This document shows, piece after piece, positions 24,792 through 36,614 of a stretch of 64,000 nt of DNA. Numbering within the stretch: position 1 is the first letter of the stretch; every line of letters begins with the position of its first letter. Under the pieces are notes generated by a model. The model was not told the DNA's origin, did no database searches, and saw only the letters and a program-made list of their open reading frames with translations. The stretch lies in the NCBI RefSeq assembly GCF_013315695.1, contig NZ_CP054353.1; one strand, given 5' to 3'. The position numbers and the translations under genes are program-made. This DNA comes from Escherichia coli. GTDB lineage: Bacteria > Pseudomonadota > Gammaproteobacteria > Enterobacterales > Enterobacteriaceae.

Positions 24792-26557
24792 TGAAATTGC
24801 CAGTCAGAGAATTTGATGCAGTTGTGATTGGTGCCGGTGGCGCAGGTATGCGCGCGGCGCTGCAAATTTCCCAGAGCGGTCAGACCTGTGCGCTGCTCTC
24901 TAAAGTCTTCCCGACCCGTTCCCATACCGTTTCTGCACAAGGCGGCATTACCGTTGCGCTGGGTAATACCCATGAAGATAACTGGGAATGGCATATGTAC
25001 GACACCGTAAAAGGTTCGGACTATATCGGTGACCAGGACGCGATTGAATATATGTGTAAAACCGGGCCGGAAGCGATTCTGGAACTGGAACATATGGGCC
25101 TGCCGTTCTCGCGTCTTGATGATGGTCGTATCTATCAACGTCCGTTTGGCGGTCAGTCGAAAAACTTCGGCGGCGAGCAGGCGGCACGTACTGCGGCGGC
25201 AGCTGACCGTACCGGTCACGCACTGTTGCACACGCTTTATCAGCAGAACCTGAAAAACCACACCACCATTTTCTCCGAGTGGTATGCGCTGGATCTGGTG
25301 AAAAACCAGGATGGCGCAGTGGTCGGTTGTACTGCACTGTGCATCGAAACTGGTGAAGTGGTTTATTTCAAAGCCCGCGCTACCGTGCTGGCGACTGGCG
25401 GGGCAGGGCGTATTTATCAGTCCACCACTAACGCCCACATTAACACTGGCGACGGCGTCGGCATGGCTATCCGCGCAGGCGTACCGGTGCAGGATATGGA
25501 AATGTGGCAGTTCCACCCGACCGGTATTGCCGGTGCGGGCGTACTGGTCACCGAAGGTTGCCGTGGTGAAGGCGGTTATCTGCTGAACAAACATGGCGAA
25601 CGCTTTATGGAACGTTATGCGCCGAACGCCAAAGACCTGGCGGGCCGTGATGTGGTGGCGCGTTCCATCATGATCGAAATCCGTGAAGGTCGCGGCTGTG
25701 ATGGTCCGTGGGGGCCACACGCGAAACTGAAACTTGACCACCTGGGTAAAGAAGTTCTCGAATCCCGTCTGCCGGGTATCCTGGAACTCTCCCGTACCTT
25801 CGCTCACGTTGATCCGGTGAAAGAGCCGATTCCGGTTATCCCAACCTGTCACTACATGATGGGCGGTATTCCGACCAAAGTGACCGGTCAGGCGCTGACT
25901 GTGAACGAGAAAGGCGAAGATGTGGTTGTTCCGGGGCTGTTTGCCGTTGGTGAAATCGCTTGTGTATCGGTACACGGCGCTAACCGTCTGGGCGGCAACT
26001 CGCTGCTGGACCTGGTGGTCTTTGGTCGCGCAGCGGGTCTGCATCTGCAAGAGTCTATCGCCGAGCAGGGCGCACTGCGCGATGCCAGCGAGTCTGATGT
26101 TGAAGCGTCTCTGGATCGCCTGAACCGCTGGAACAATAACCGTAACGGTGAAGATCCGGTGGCGATCCGTAAAGCACTGCAAGAATGTATGCAGCATAAC
26201 TTCTCGGTCTTCCGTGAAGGTGATGCGATGGCGAAAGGGCTTGAGCAGTTGAAAGTTATCCGCGAGCGTCTGAAAAATGCCCGTCTGGATGACACTTCCA
26301 GCGAGTTCAACACCCAGCGCGTTGAGTGCCTGGAACTGGATAACCTGATGGAAACGGCGTATGCAACGGCTGTTTCTGCCAACTTCCGTACCGAAAGCCG
26401 TGGCGCGCATAGCCGCTTCGACTTCCCGGATCGCGATGATGAAAACTGGCTGTGCCACTCCCTGTATCTGCCAGAGTCGGAATCCATGACGCGCCGAAGC
26501 GTCAACATGGAACCGAAACTGCGCCCGGCATTCCCGCCGAAGATTCGTACTTACTAA
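24791..26557 (+). CDS. sdhA: Succinate dehydrogenase flavoprotein subunit
   Basis: Start at ATG 24791 ([21 protein letters not shown]), 588 aa; FAD-binding GxGxxG. Confidence 0.97.
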   Translation: MKLPVREFDAVVIGAGGAGMRAALQISQSGQTCALLSKVFPTRSHTVSAQGGITVALGNTHEDNWEWHMYDTVKGSDYIGDQDAIEYMCKTGPEAILELEHMGLPFSRLDDGRIYQRPFGGQSKNFGGEQAARTAAAADRTGHALLHTLYQQNLKNHTTIFSEWYALDLVKNQDGAVVGCTALCIETGEVVYFKARATVLATGGAGRIYQSTTNAHINTGDGVGMAIRAGVPVQDMEMWQFHPTGIAGAGVLVTEGCRGEGGYLLNKHGERFMERYAPNAKDLAGRDVVARSIMIEIREGRGCDGPWGPHAKLKLDHLGKEVLESRLPGILELSRTFAHVDPVKEPIPVIPTCHYMMGGIPTKVTGQALTVNEKGEDVVVPGLFAVGEIACVSVHGANRLGGNSLLDLVVFGRAAGLHLQESIAEQGALRDASESDVEASLDRLNRWNNNRNGEDPVAIRKALQECMQHNFSVFREGDAMAKGLEQLKVIRERLKNARLDDTSSEFNTQRVECLELDNLMETAYATAVSANFRTESRGAHSRFDFPDRDDENWLCHSLYLPESESMTRRSVNMEPKLRPAFPPKIRTY

Positions 26558-26572
26558 TGCGGAGACAGGAAA

Positions 26573-27289
26573 ATGAGACTCGAGTTTTCAATTTATCGCT
26601 ATAACCCGGATGTTGATGATGCTCCGCGTATGCAGGATTACACCCTGGAAGCGGAAGAAGGTCGCGACATGATGCTGCTGGATGCGCTTATCCAGCTGAA
26701 AGAGAAAGATCCCAGCCTGTCGTTCCGCCGCTCCTGCCGCGAAGGTGTGTGCGGTTCCGACGGTCTGAACATGAACGGCAAGAATGGTCTGGCCTGTATT
26801 ACCCCGATTTCGGCACTCAACCAGCCGGGCAAGAAGATTGTGATTCGCCCGCTGCCAGGTTTACCGGTGATCCGCGATTTGGTGGTAGACATGGGACAAT
26901 TCTATGCGCAATATGAGAAAATTAAGCCTTACCTGTTGAATAATGGACAAAATCCGCCAGCTCGCGAGCATTTACAGATGCCAGAGCAGCGCGAAAAACT
27001 CGACGGGTTGTATGAATGTATTCTCTGCGCATGTTGTTCAACCTCTTGTCCGTCTTTCTGGTGGAATCCCGATAAGTTTATCGGCCCGGCAGGCTTGTTA
27101 GCGGCATATCGTTTCCTGATCGATAGCCGTGATACCGAGACTGACAGCCGCCTCGACGGTTTGAGCGATGCATTCAGTGTATTCCGCTGTCACAGCATCA
27201 TGAACTGCGTCAGTGTATGTCCGAAGGGGCTGAACCCGACGCGCGCCATCGGCCATATCAAGTCGATGTTGTTGCAACGTAATGCGTAA
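26573..27289 (+). CDS. sdhB: Succinate dehydrogenase iron-sulfur subunit
   Basis: 238 aa; Cys clusters for 2Fe-2S/4Fe-4S/3Fe-4S. Confidence 0.97.
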   Translation: MRLEFSIYRYNPDVDDAPRMQDYTLEAEEGRDMMLLDALIQLKEKDPSLSFRRSCREGVCGSDGLNMNGKNGLACITPISALNQPGKKIVIRPLPGLPVIRDLVVDMGQFYAQYEKIKPYLLNNGQNPPAREHLQMPEQREKLDGLYECILCACCSTSCPSFWWNPDKFIGPAGLLAAYRFLIDSRDTETDSRLDGLSDAFSVFRCHSIMNCVSVCPKGLNPTRAIGHIKSMLLQRNA

Positions 27290-27489
27290 TTAAATGTTGA
27301 TGCCGGGGAAATCCCCCGGCTATTCAGGAAATCTTTAAAAACTGCCCCTGACACTAAGACAGTTTTTAAAGGTTCCTTCGCGAGCCACTACGTAGACAAG
27401 AGCTCGCAAGTGAACCCCGGCACGCACATCACTGTGCGTGGTAGTATCCACGGCGAAGTAAGCATAAAAAAGATGCTTAAGGGATCACG

Positions 27490-30291
27490 ATGCAGAACAG
27501 CGCTTTGAAAGCCTGGTTGGACTCTTCTTACCTCTCTGGCGCAAACCAGAGCTGGATAGAACAGCTCTATGAAGACTTCTTAACCGATCCTGACTCGGTT
27601 GACGCTAACTGGCGTTCGACGTTCCAGCAGTTACCTGGTACGGGAGTCAAACCGGATCAATTCCACTCTCAAACGCGTGAATATTTCCGCCGCCTGGCGA
27701 AAGACGCTTCACGTTACTCTTCAACGATCTCCGACCCTGACACCAATGTGAAGCAGGTTAAAGTCCTGCAGCTCATTAACGCATACCGCTTCCGTGGTCA
27801 CCAGCATGCGAATCTCGATCCGCTGGGACTGTGGCAGCAAGATAAAGTGGCCGATCTGGATCCGTCTTTCCACGATCTGACCGAAGCAGACTTCCAGGAG
27901 ACCTTCAACGTCGGTTCATTTGCCAGCGGCAAAGAAACCATGAAACTCGGCGAGCTGCTGGAAGCCCTCAAGCAAACCTACTGCGGCCCGATTGGTGCCG
28001 AGTATATGCACATCACCAGCACCGAAGAAAAACGCTGGATCCAACAGCGTATCGAGTCTGGTCGCGCGACTTTCAATAGCGAAGAGAAAAAACGCTTCTT
28101 AAGCGAACTGACCGCCGCTGAAGGCCTTGAACGTTACCTCGGCGCAAAATTCCCTGGCGCAAAACGCTTCTCGCTGGAAGGCGGTGACGCGTTAATCCCG
28201 ATGCTTAAAGAGATGATCCGCCACGCTGGCAACAGCGGCACCCGCGAAGTGGTTCTCGGGATGGCGCACCGTGGTCGTCTGAACGTGCTGGTGAACGTGC
28301 TGGGTAAAAAACCGCAAGACTTGTTCGACGAGTTTGCCGGTAAACATAAAGAACACCTCGGCACGGGCGACGTGAAATACCACATGGGCTTCTCGTCTGA
28401 CTTCCAGACCGATGGCGGCCTGGTGCACCTGGCGCTGGCGTTTAACCCGTCTCACCTTGAGATTGTCAGCCCGGTCGTTATCGGTTCTGTTCGTGCCCGT
28501 CTGGACAGACTCGATGAGCCGAGCAGCAACAAAGTGCTGCCAATCACCATCCACGGTGACGCCGCAGTGACCGGGCAGGGCGTGGTTCAGGAAACCCTGA
28601 ACATGTCGAAAGCGCGTGGTTATGAAGTTGGCGGTACGGTACGTATCGTTATCAACAACCAGGTTGGCTTCACCACCTCTAATCCGCTGGATGCTCGTTC
28701 TACACCGTACTGTACTGATATCGGTAAGATGGTTCAGGCACCGATTTTCCACGTAAACGCGGATGATCCGGAAGCCGTTGCTTTTGTGACCCGTCTGGCG
28801 CTCGATTTCCGTAACACCTTTAAACGTGATGTCTTCATCGACCTGGTGTGCTACCGCCGTCACGGCCACAACGAAGCCGACGAGCCGAGCGCAACCCAGC
28901 CGCTGATGTATCAGAAAATCAAAAAACATCCGACGCCGCGCAAAATCTACGCTGACAAGCTGGAGCAGGAAAAAGTCGCGACGCTGGAAGATGCCACCGA
29001 GATGGTTAACCTGTACCGCGATGCGCTGGATGCTGGCGATTGCGTTGTAGCAGAGTGGCGTCCGATGAACATGCACTCTTTCACCTGGTCGCCGTACCTC
29101 AACCACGAATGGGACGAAGAGTACCCGAACAAAGTTGAGATGAAGCGCCTGCAGGAACTGGCTAAACGCATCAGCACGGTGCCGGAAGCGGTTGAAATGC
29201 AGTCTCGCGTTGCCAAGATTTATGGCGATCGCCAGGCGATGGCAGCCGGTGAGAAACTGTTCGACTGGGGCGGCGCGGAAAACCTCGCTTACGCCACGCT
29301 GGTTGACGAAGGCATTCCGGTTCGCCTGTCGGGTGAAGACTCCGGTCGCGGTACCTTCTTCCACCGCCACGCGGTGATCCACAACCAGTCTAACGGTTCC
29401 ACTTACACGCCGCTGCAACACATCCATAACGGCCAGGGCGCGTTCCGTGTCTGGGACTCCGTACTGTCTGAAGAAGCCGTGCTGGCGTTTGAATACGGTT
29501 ATGCCACCGCAGAACCACGCACTCTGACTATCTGGGAAGCGCAGTTCGGTGACTTCGCTAACGGTGCTCAGGTGGTTATCGACCAGTTCATCTCCTCTGG
29601 CGAACAGAAATGGGGCCGGATGTGTGGCCTGGTGATGTTGCTGCCGCACGGTTACGAAGGGCAGGGGCCGGAGCACTCCTCCGCGCGTCTGGAACGTTAT
29701 CTGCAACTTTGCGCTGAGCAAAACATGCAGGTGTGCGTACCGTCTACCCCGGCACAGGTTTACCACATGCTGCGTCGTCAGGCGCTGCGCGGGATGCGTC
29801 GTCCGCTGGTCGTGATGTCGCCGAAATCCCTGCTGCGTCATCCGCTGGCGGTTTCCAGCCTCGAAGAACTGGCGAACGGCACCTTCCTGCCAGCCATCGG
29901 TGAAATCGACGAGCTTGATCCGAAGGGCGTGAAGCGCGTAGTGATGTGTTCTGGTAAGGTTTATTACGACCTGCTGGAACAGCGTCGTAAGAACAATCAA
30001 CACGATGTCGCCATTGTGCGTATCGAGCAACTCTACCCGTTCCCGCATAAAGCGATGCAGGAGGTGTTGCAGCAGTTTGCTCACGTCAAGGATTTTGTCT
30101 GGTGCCAGGAAGAGCCGCTCAATCAGGGCGCATGGTACTGCAGCCAGCATCATTTCCGTGAAGTGATTCCGTTTGGGGCTTCTCTGCGTTATGCAGGCCG
30201 CCCGGCCTCCGCCTCTCCGGCGGTAGGGTATATGTCCGTTCACCAGAAACAGCAACAAGATCTGGTTAATGACGCGCTGAACGTCGAATAA
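27490..30291 (+). CDS. sucA: 2-oxoglutarate dehydrogenase E1 component
   Basis: 933 aa [38 protein letters not shown]... Confidence 0.97.
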   Translation: MQNSALKAWLDSSYLSGANQSWIEQLYEDFLTDPDSVDANWRSTFQQLPGTGVKPDQFHSQTREYFRRLAKDASRYSSTISDPDTNVKQVKVLQLINAYRFRGHQHANLDPLGLWQQDKVADLDPSFHDLTEADFQETFNVGSFASGKETMKLGELLEALKQTYCGPIGAEYMHITSTEEKRWIQQRIESGRATFNSEEKKRFLSELTAAEGLERYLGAKFPGAKRFSLEGGDALIPMLKEMIRHAGNSGTREVVLGMAHRGRLNVLVNVLGKKPQDLFDEFAGKHKEHLGTGDVKYHMGFSSDFQTDGGLVHLALAFNPSHLEIVSPVVIGSVRARLDRLDEPSSNKVLPITIHGDAAVTGQGVVQETLNMSKARGYEVGGTVRIVINNQVGFTTSNPLDARSTPYCTDIGKMVQAPIFHVNADDPEAVAFVTRLALDFRNTFKRDVFIDLVCYRRHGHNEADEPSATQPLMYQKIKKHPTPRKIYADKLEQEKVATLEDATEMVNLYRDALDAGDCVVAEWRPMNMHSFTWSPYLNHEWDEEYPNKVEMKRLQELAKRISTVPEAVEMQSRVAKIYGDRQAMAAGEKLFDWGGAENLAYATLVDEGIPVRLSGEDSGRGTFFHRHAVIHNQSNGSTYTPLQHIHNGQGAFRVWDSVLSEEAVLAFEYGYATAEPRTLTIWEAQFGDFANGAQVVIDQFISSGEQKWGRMCGLVMLLPHGYEGQGPEHSSARLERYLQLCAEQNMQVCVPSTPAQVYHMLRRQALRGMRRPLVVMSPKSLLRHPLAVSSLEELANGTFLPAIGEIDELDPKGVKRVVMCSGKVYYDLLEQRRKNNQHDVAIVRIEQLYPFPHKAMQEVLQQFAHVKDFVWCQEEPLNQGAWYCSQHHFREVIPFGASLRYAGRPASASPAVGYMSVHQKQQQDLVNDALNVE

Positions 30292-30305
30292 ATAAAGGAT
30301 ACACA

Positions 30306-31523
30306 ATGAGTAGCGTAGATATTCTGGTCCCTGACCTGCCTGAATCCGTAGCCGATGCCACCGTCGCAACCTGGCATAAAAAACCCGGCGACGCAGTCGT
30401 ACGTGATGAAGTGCTGGTAGAAATCGAAACTGACAAAGTGGTACTGGAAGTACCGGCATCAGCAGACGGCATTCTGGATGCGGTTCTGGAAGATGAAGGT
30501 ACAACGGTAACGTCTCGTCAGATCCTTGGTCGCCTGCGTGAAGGCAACAGCGCGGGTAAAGAAACCAGCGCCAAATCTGAAGAGAAAGCGTCCACTCCGG
30601 CGCAACGCCAGCAGGCGTCTCTGGAAGAGCAAAACAACGATGCGTTAAGCCCGGCGATCCGTCGCCTGCTGGCTGAACATAACCTCGACGCCAGCGCCAT
30701 TAAAGGCACCGGTGTGGGTGGTCGTCTGACCCGTGAAGATGTGGAAAAACATCTGGCGAAAGCCCCGGCGAAAGAGTCTGCTCCGGCAGCGGCTGCTCCG
30801 GCGGCGCAACCGGCTCTGGCTGCACGTAGCGAAAAACGTGTCCCGATGACTCGCCTGCGTAAGCGTGTGGCAGAGCGTCTGCTGGAAGCGAAAAACTCCA
30901 CCGCCATGCTGACCACGTTCAACGAAGTCAACATGAAGCCGATTATGGATCTGCGTAAGCAGTACGGTGAAGCGTTTGAAAAACGCCACGGCATCCGTCT
31001 GGGCTTTATGTCCTTCTACGTGAAAGCGGTGGTTGAAGCTCTGAAACGTTACCCGGAAGTGAACGCGTCTATCGACGGCGATGACGTGGTTTACCACAAC
31101 TATTTCGACGTCAGCATGGCGGTTTCTACGCCGCGCGGCCTGGTGACGCCGGTACTGCGTGATGTCGATACCCTCGGTATGGCAGACATTGAGAAGAAAA
31201 TTAAAGAGCTGGCTGTTAAAGGTCGTGACGGCAAGCTGACGGTTGAAGATCTGACCGGTGGCAACTTCACCATCACCAACGGTGGTGTGTTCGGTTCCCT
31301 GATGTCTACGCCTATCATCAACCCGCCGCAGAGCGCAATTTTGGGTATGCACGCTATCAAAGATCGTCCGATGGCGGTGAATGGTCAGGTTGAGATCCTG
31401 CCGATGATGTACCTGGCGCTGTCCTACGATCACCGTCTGATCGATGGTCGCGAATCCGTGGGCTTCCTGGTAACGATCAAAGAGTTGCTGGAAGATCCGA
31501 CGCGTCTGCTGCTGGACGTGTAG
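30306..31523 (+). CDS. sucB: Dihydrolipoyllysine-residue succinyltransferase (E2)
   Basis: 405 aa; lipoyl domain ([11 protein letters not shown]), Ala/Pro linker, catalytic DHRLIDG. Confidence 0.97.
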
Positions 31524-31616
31524 TAGTTTAAGTTTCACCTGCACTGTAGACCGACGTGGATAGGGTGTCGGTCTACGGTTTAAAAGATAACGATTACTGA
31601 AGGATGGACAGAACAC

Positions 31617-32783
31617 ATGAACTTACATGAATATCAGGCAAAACAACTTTTTGCCCGCTATGGCTTACCAGCACCGGTGGGTTATGCCTGTACTACTCCG
31701 CGCGAAGCAGAAGAAGCCGCTTCAAAAATCGGTGCCGGTCCGTGGGTAGTGAAATGTCAGGTTCACGCTGGTGGCCGCGGTAAAGCGGGCGGTGTGAAAG
31801 TGGTAAACAGCAAAGAAGACATCCGTGCTTTTGCAGAAAACTGGCTGGGCAAGCGTCTGGTAACGTATCAAACAGATGCCAATGGCCAACCGGTTAACCA
31901 GATTCTGGTTGAAGCAGCGACCGATATCGCTAAAGAGCTGTATCTCGGTGCCGTTGTAGACCGTAGTTCACGTCGCGTGGTCTTTATGGCCTCCACCGAA
32001 GGCGGCGTGGAAATCGAAAAAGTGGCGGAAGAAACTCCGCACCTGATCCACAAAATTGCGCTTGATCCGCTGACTGGCCCGATGCCGTATCAGGGACGCG
32101 AGCTGGCGTTCAAACTGGGTCTGGAAGGTAAACTGGTTCAGCAGTTCACCAAAATCTTCATGGGCCTGGCGACCATTTTCCTGGAGCGCGACCTGGCGCT
32201 GATCGAAATCAACCCGCTGGTCATCACCAAACAGGGCGATCTGATTTGCCTCGACGGCAAACTGGGCGCTGATGGCAACGCACTGTTCCGCCAGCCTGAT
32301 CTGCGCGAAATGCGTGACCAGTCGCAGGAAGATCCGCGTGAAGCACAGGCTGCACAGTGGGAACTGAACTACGTTGCGCTGGACGGTAACATCGGTTGTA
32401 TGGTTAACGGCGCAGGCCTGGCGATGGGCACCATGGACATCGTTAAACTGCACGGCGGCGAACCAGCTAACTTCCTGGACGTTGGCGGCGGCGCAACCAA
32501 AGAGCGCGTAACCGAAGCGTTCAAAATCATCCTCTCTGACGACAAAGTGAAAGCCGTTCTGGTTAACATCTTCGGCGGTATCGTTCGTTGCGACCTGATC
32601 GCTGACGGTATCATCGGCGCGGTAGCGGAAGTGGGTGTTAACGTACCGGTCGTGGTACGTCTGGAAGGTAACAACGCCGAACTCGGCGCGAAGAAACTGG
32701 CTGACAGCGGCCTGAATATTATTGCAGCAAAAGGTCTGACGGATGCAGCTCAGCAGGTTGTTGCCGCAGTGGAGGGGAAATAA
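31617..32783 (+). CDS. sucC: Succinyl-CoA synthetase beta subunit
   Basis: 388 aa [18 protein letters not shown]... Confidence 0.97.
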
Positions 32784-33652
32784 TGTCCATTTTAATTGAT
32801 AAAAACACCAAGGTTATCTGCCAGGGCTTTACCGGTAGCCAGGGGACTTTCCACTCAGAACAGGCTATTGCATACGGCACTAAAATGGTTGGCGGCGTAA
32901 CCCCAGGTAAAGGCGGCACCACCCACCTCGGCCTGCCGGTGTTCAACACCGTGCGTGAAGCTGTTGCTGCTACTGGCGCTACCGCTTCTGTTATCTACGT
33001 ACCAGCACCGTTCTGCAAAGACTCCATTCTGGAAGCTATTGATGCAGGCATCAAACTGATTATCACCATCACTGAAGGCATCCCGACGCTGGATATGCTG
33101 ACCGTGAAGGTGAAACTGGATGAAGCGGGCGTTCGCATGATCGGCCCGAACTGCCCGGGCGTTATCACTCCGGGTGAATGCAAAATCGGTATCCAGCCTG
33201 GTCACATTCACAAACCGGGTAAAGTGGGTATCGTTTCCCGTTCCGGTACACTGACCTATGAAGCGGTTAAACAGACCACGGATTACGGTTTCGGTCAGTC
33301 GACCTGTGTTGGTATCGGCGGCGACCCGATCCCTGGCTCTAACTTTATCGACATCCTCGAAATGTTCGAAAAAGATCCGCAGACCGAAGCGATCGTGATG
33401 ATCGGTGAGATCGGCGGTAGCGCTGAAGAAGAAGCGGCTGCGTACATCAAAGAGCACGTTACCAAGCCTGTTGTGGGTTACATCGCTGGTGTGACTGCGC
33501 CGAAAGGCAAACGTATGGGCCACGCGGGTGCCATCATTGCCGGTGGGAAAGGGACTGCGGATGAGAAATTTGCTGCTCTGGAAGCCGCAGGCGTGAAAAC
33601 CGTTCGCAGCCTGGCTGATATCGGTGAAGCACTGAAAACTGTTCTGAAATAA
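32783..33652 (+). CDS. sucD: Succinyl-CoA synthetase alpha subunit
   Basis: 289 aa [33 protein letters not shown]... Confidence 0.97.
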
Positions 33653-33751
33653 ATATCTGTAATAAGAAATAGCCCTCGCCGCTTCCCTCTACAGGAATGG
33701 CGAAGGGCTGTCGGTTTCGACATGGTTGGCCATCATATGATGGCCTTTTTT
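33653..33751 (+). ncRNA. sdhX: Probable 3'UTR-derived sRNA of the sdh-suc operon (SdhX/RybD-like), ending at the sucD terminator
   Basis: About 100 nt between the sucD stop and a strong terminator (GGCCATCATATGATGGCC + T6, 33728-33751); assignment from memory of the K-12 arrangement, not a sequence alignment. Confidence 0.45.
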
Positions 33752-33857
33752 ATTCGGGCACTAATCTGAAAAGTTTGCCCACTGCTTTTTTTCCCCATCC
33801 TCTGCGCAATAATGCCCGGCGAAATATCTCCTCTCCGTTCTGTAAAAGGATTTATAC

Positions 33858-35051
33858 ATGAAGAAAATTGTTCTGCCGGTTGCTCTGGCCCTGATGGGTA
33901 TAAATGCGGACGTTTATGCGGCCGATGTAAAGATCGATATTTTAAGTGCAACAGTGAAAGATAAACGCATTGAGGGGGCATCGGTGACGCTGCAACGCAA
34001 TGGCGCACAATCTGTTTCTGGCACCACAAATGCCTCGGGCAGCATTAATCTGGGCTCTTCCTTTGCCGATGATCAAGATGCTTTGTTAATCGTCAAAAAA
34101 GAGGGCTATTCTAATCTGGTGGTCAAATGCCCGTGTGCGGGCATGACTTATGCGATTAGTCCGGTAATGACTAGTCTGGATGGCATGCGTGTCGTATTGA
34201 GCTGGGGCGAAAAGCCTTTTGATCTTGATTCGCATTTGATCTTCCCTGGCGGACATATTTATTTTGATAGTAAAGAGGGGACTGATGCCAATCTGGATGT
34301 TGATGATACGGATAGCTATGGACCAGAAACTGTCACTATCAGCAAAAAGCATTTTGGCGAAAGTTACATCTATGCCGTGCAGGACTATAGCAATAAAGGG
34401 TTGCCCAACAGTAATTATCTCTCTGCCAGTAAGGCAAAAGTGTTTGTTTATGTAGGGGGCTCCCTGGTGCGTAGTTATAGTGTCCCTGCTGGAAAACGAG
34501 GGAACATCTGGACCGTGTTTAAACTCAATCCAAACGGCGAGTTTGAAGATATCAACTCTGTTACCACCGCCAATTTTAACGACACCACATTAGGCGTCAG
34601 GGATTTAGCCACTGTGATAATGCCTGCGACGGGTTCTTCAACTCCGGCTTCACCTGCGATGCAAAACAGTGGATATACTCAACTGGCAAGAAAATATAAT
34701 CGTGAAGGCGAAGCTGTTTACAAAACCGGTCAACTTGAGCAAGCCATTCAACTCTTCCAACAGGCAACAGAATTAGACGGCAATTACGGTCAGGCATTTA
34801 GTAACCTGGGTCTGGCTTATCAGAAAAATGGCAACATCGCGGAAGCGATTTGGGCAAATCGTAAAGCGATCTCGTTAGCCAGTGGAGCAAATGCGGCGAC
34901 AACGCGCGCTAACTCCTATTATAACATTGCCAAAATTTATGAAACTGCAGGACAGAACGCTGATGCATTGCAGCATTATCAACTCGCTTATGCGGAAAAA
35001 AATAAGCCCTCTTATGAAGAGGCCATCGCACGGGTAAAAGCGAAAATGTAG
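33858..35051 (+). CDS. Secreted protein with YfaP-like (DUF2135-type) central domain and C-terminal TPR repeats
   Basis: 397 aa; Sec signal peptide MKKIVLPVALALMGINADVYAA; motif LSWGEKPFDLDSHL...DANLDVDDTDSYGPETVTI as in YfaP-family proteins; C-terminal TPR-like repeats (AIQLFQQATELDGNYGQAFSNLGLAYQKNGNIAEAI...). First gene of the island. Confidence 0.7.
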   Translation: MKKIVLPVALALMGINADVYAADVKIDILSATVKDKRIEGASVTLQRNGAQSVSGTTNASGSINLGSSFADDQDALLIVKKEGYSNLVVKCPCAGMTYAISPVMTSLDGMRVVLSWGEKPFDLDSHLIFPGGHIYFDSKEGTDANLDVDDTDSYGPETVTISKKHFGESYIYAVQDYSNKGLPNSNYLSASKAKVFVYVGGSLVRSYSVPAGKRGNIWTVFKLNPNGEFEDINSVTTANFNDTTLGVRDLATVIMPATGSSTPASPAMQNSGYTQLARKYNREGEAVYKTGQLEQAIQLFQQATELDGNYGQAFSNLGLAYQKNGNIAEAIWANRKAISLASGANAATTRANSYYNIAKIYETAGQNADALQHYQLAYAEKNKPSYEEAIARVKAKM

Positions 35052-35428
35052 CGGTTAGCAAACAGGAGGCTATGTGGTGTTAGCCTCCTTACCCCCAGGC
35101 CAGTGGGAATATAGTAATCATCGTTTTTAACATTCAACGTCCAGATTCTGCTTGAGCGTAAAAACAAGTCTTTAGATATTTTATAAATGATGAAGGGCTG
35201 GAAAGTGGTTGATGTCACCGACTCACGATCGTTATCGCCAGCAAAGCTTTTTTGCCATTGCACCAGACGCACCTTCAACCATTTTGGCGACGAATCAACT
35301 GCTACCGCCACCAGGCTTGTTTGCCATTTTCCCGTACCTAATTCGTCGCTTGCCGCACTGTTGGCTGTAATCAATGGCCCAATGCCCAACCAGATACTTC
35401 TATATCCGATTGGGTTTTGTTAATTGCG

Positions 35429-36025
35429 TTACCCCTTAAACGTTAACCTCGGTCGAAATCTGACCGCTGGCTGAATTAATCCGGCTTCTTGTTGGGCTTC
35501 GATAACCGGACCAATATCTTTATAAGCAGCTGGCGCTTCTTCAATACGCCGTTCTTCGCGCAATGTGACGCATTGCCACGGCAACGTTGACTCTGCAGTC
35601 GCGCGTGAGCGCATGGCCTGCCGACGCTGGCTGCGTCCTGCTCCGTGACTGCAAGACCACAGCCACTCCGGGTTGCCGCAACCAACCGCAAGCCAGGAAT
35701 AATCACCCATGGAACCGGGGATTAACGCCAGATCGCCCGCGCGTGCCGGTGTTGTGGCCACCACAGCGCCAACGGGGACGCCATTGCCGGGATGAAAATC
35801 TGGCGTCGCGCACGTCTGGCGCACATAACCTGGGTGGTCTGGTAGCTTCACTTCTGCAAAATCAAGCAGTTGTGTTACTGCTTTTTCTTCCAGCGGCAGT
35901 TCGTCCGGCAGCAGTACGCGGGCACTGGCACCTGATGGACGAGATAATGAAACAATATTGTTGGCGCGGGAAAGTTGGATCCCTTTGCGCAGAAAGGCTT
36001 TATCAAGCCTTGAAAGATGATGCAT
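35429..36025 (-). CDS. Shortened RtcB-like protein (RNA-ligase family motifs, central region absent)
   Basis: 198 aa; N-terminal PDFHPGNGVPVGAV resembles the RtcB PDxHxG metal-binding motif, and the C-terminus (IPGSMG...CSHGAGR...AYKDI...FKG) resembles the RtcB C-terminus, but the motifs are about 50 aa apart instead of about 300. Confidence 0.55.
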   Translation of the reverse strand: MHHLSRLDKAFLRKGIQLSRANNIVSLSRPSGASARVLLPDELPLEEKAVTQLLDFAEVKLPDHPGYVRQTCATPDFHPGNGVPVGAVVATTPARAGDLALIPGSMGDYSWLAVGCGNPEWLWSCSHGAGRSQRRQAMRSRATAESTLPWQCVTLREERRIEEAPAAYKDIGPVIEAQQEAGLIQPAVRFRPRLTFKG

Positions 36026-36614
36026 AACGCTGTCCTGAAATATAGACGTTAAACAACCCCCTGTATTGCGAGGGTAATTTTGTCTTTCCGGTCAGCAGCC
36101 AGCAAAAGGGAAAGAAAACGCGCGTAGTGTATGTGGCGATAGCAAGTTTTACAAGTGGTAAATCTGGCTTATTGTTAAAGAGGAATTATCTTTTGTGAAG
36201 TCTTTTAAGGCCATGACTCATTCAATTTAACCGGACATAGATAATATATAACATAGGGTATATAAATTTATCATTGTATACTTGTCATAATTCAAGTTGC
36301 ATGTGCTGCATCGATGTTCGCTCACCCAGGTCACTTACTTATGTAAGTTTCTGGAAATTCATTATTTGTTCCCTTCCTGCAACTTGACTTATTTAGAGTA
36401 TATTCATGTATATGAATAATATTCTTGCAATAATAGCTTTAAAGTATTGCATGCGGATAACTGAGGTGAAATTCCTGTTTTAGGATTATTGTCACTTTAT
36501 TTTCCTGGTTAGACATATAGCTGACTGGTTTGTTTATTTGAATTATGATATTCATTAGTGCTACTGTTTTTTATAAAATAATTTTTGAATTGTTATTTTT
36601 TCACGGACGGCATT

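Noticed and set aside
24761-26458. 565-aa minus-strand ORF antisense to sdhA, together with similar long antisense ORFs opposite sucA (28192..30504), sucB (30645..31616), tolA (55619..56278), kdpD and cydB
   Set aside because: They lie entirely within well-supported genes on the opposite strand, have Arg/His/Gln-rich low-complexity translations typical of antisense frames of GC-rich coding DNA, and have no recognisable family.
35012-35389. 125-aa minus-strand ORF between the TPR gene and the RtcB-like ORF
   Set aside because: It overlaps the 3' end of the TPR gene, has no RBS I could identify and no family resemblance; possibly a gene remnant, but not supportable as a feature.
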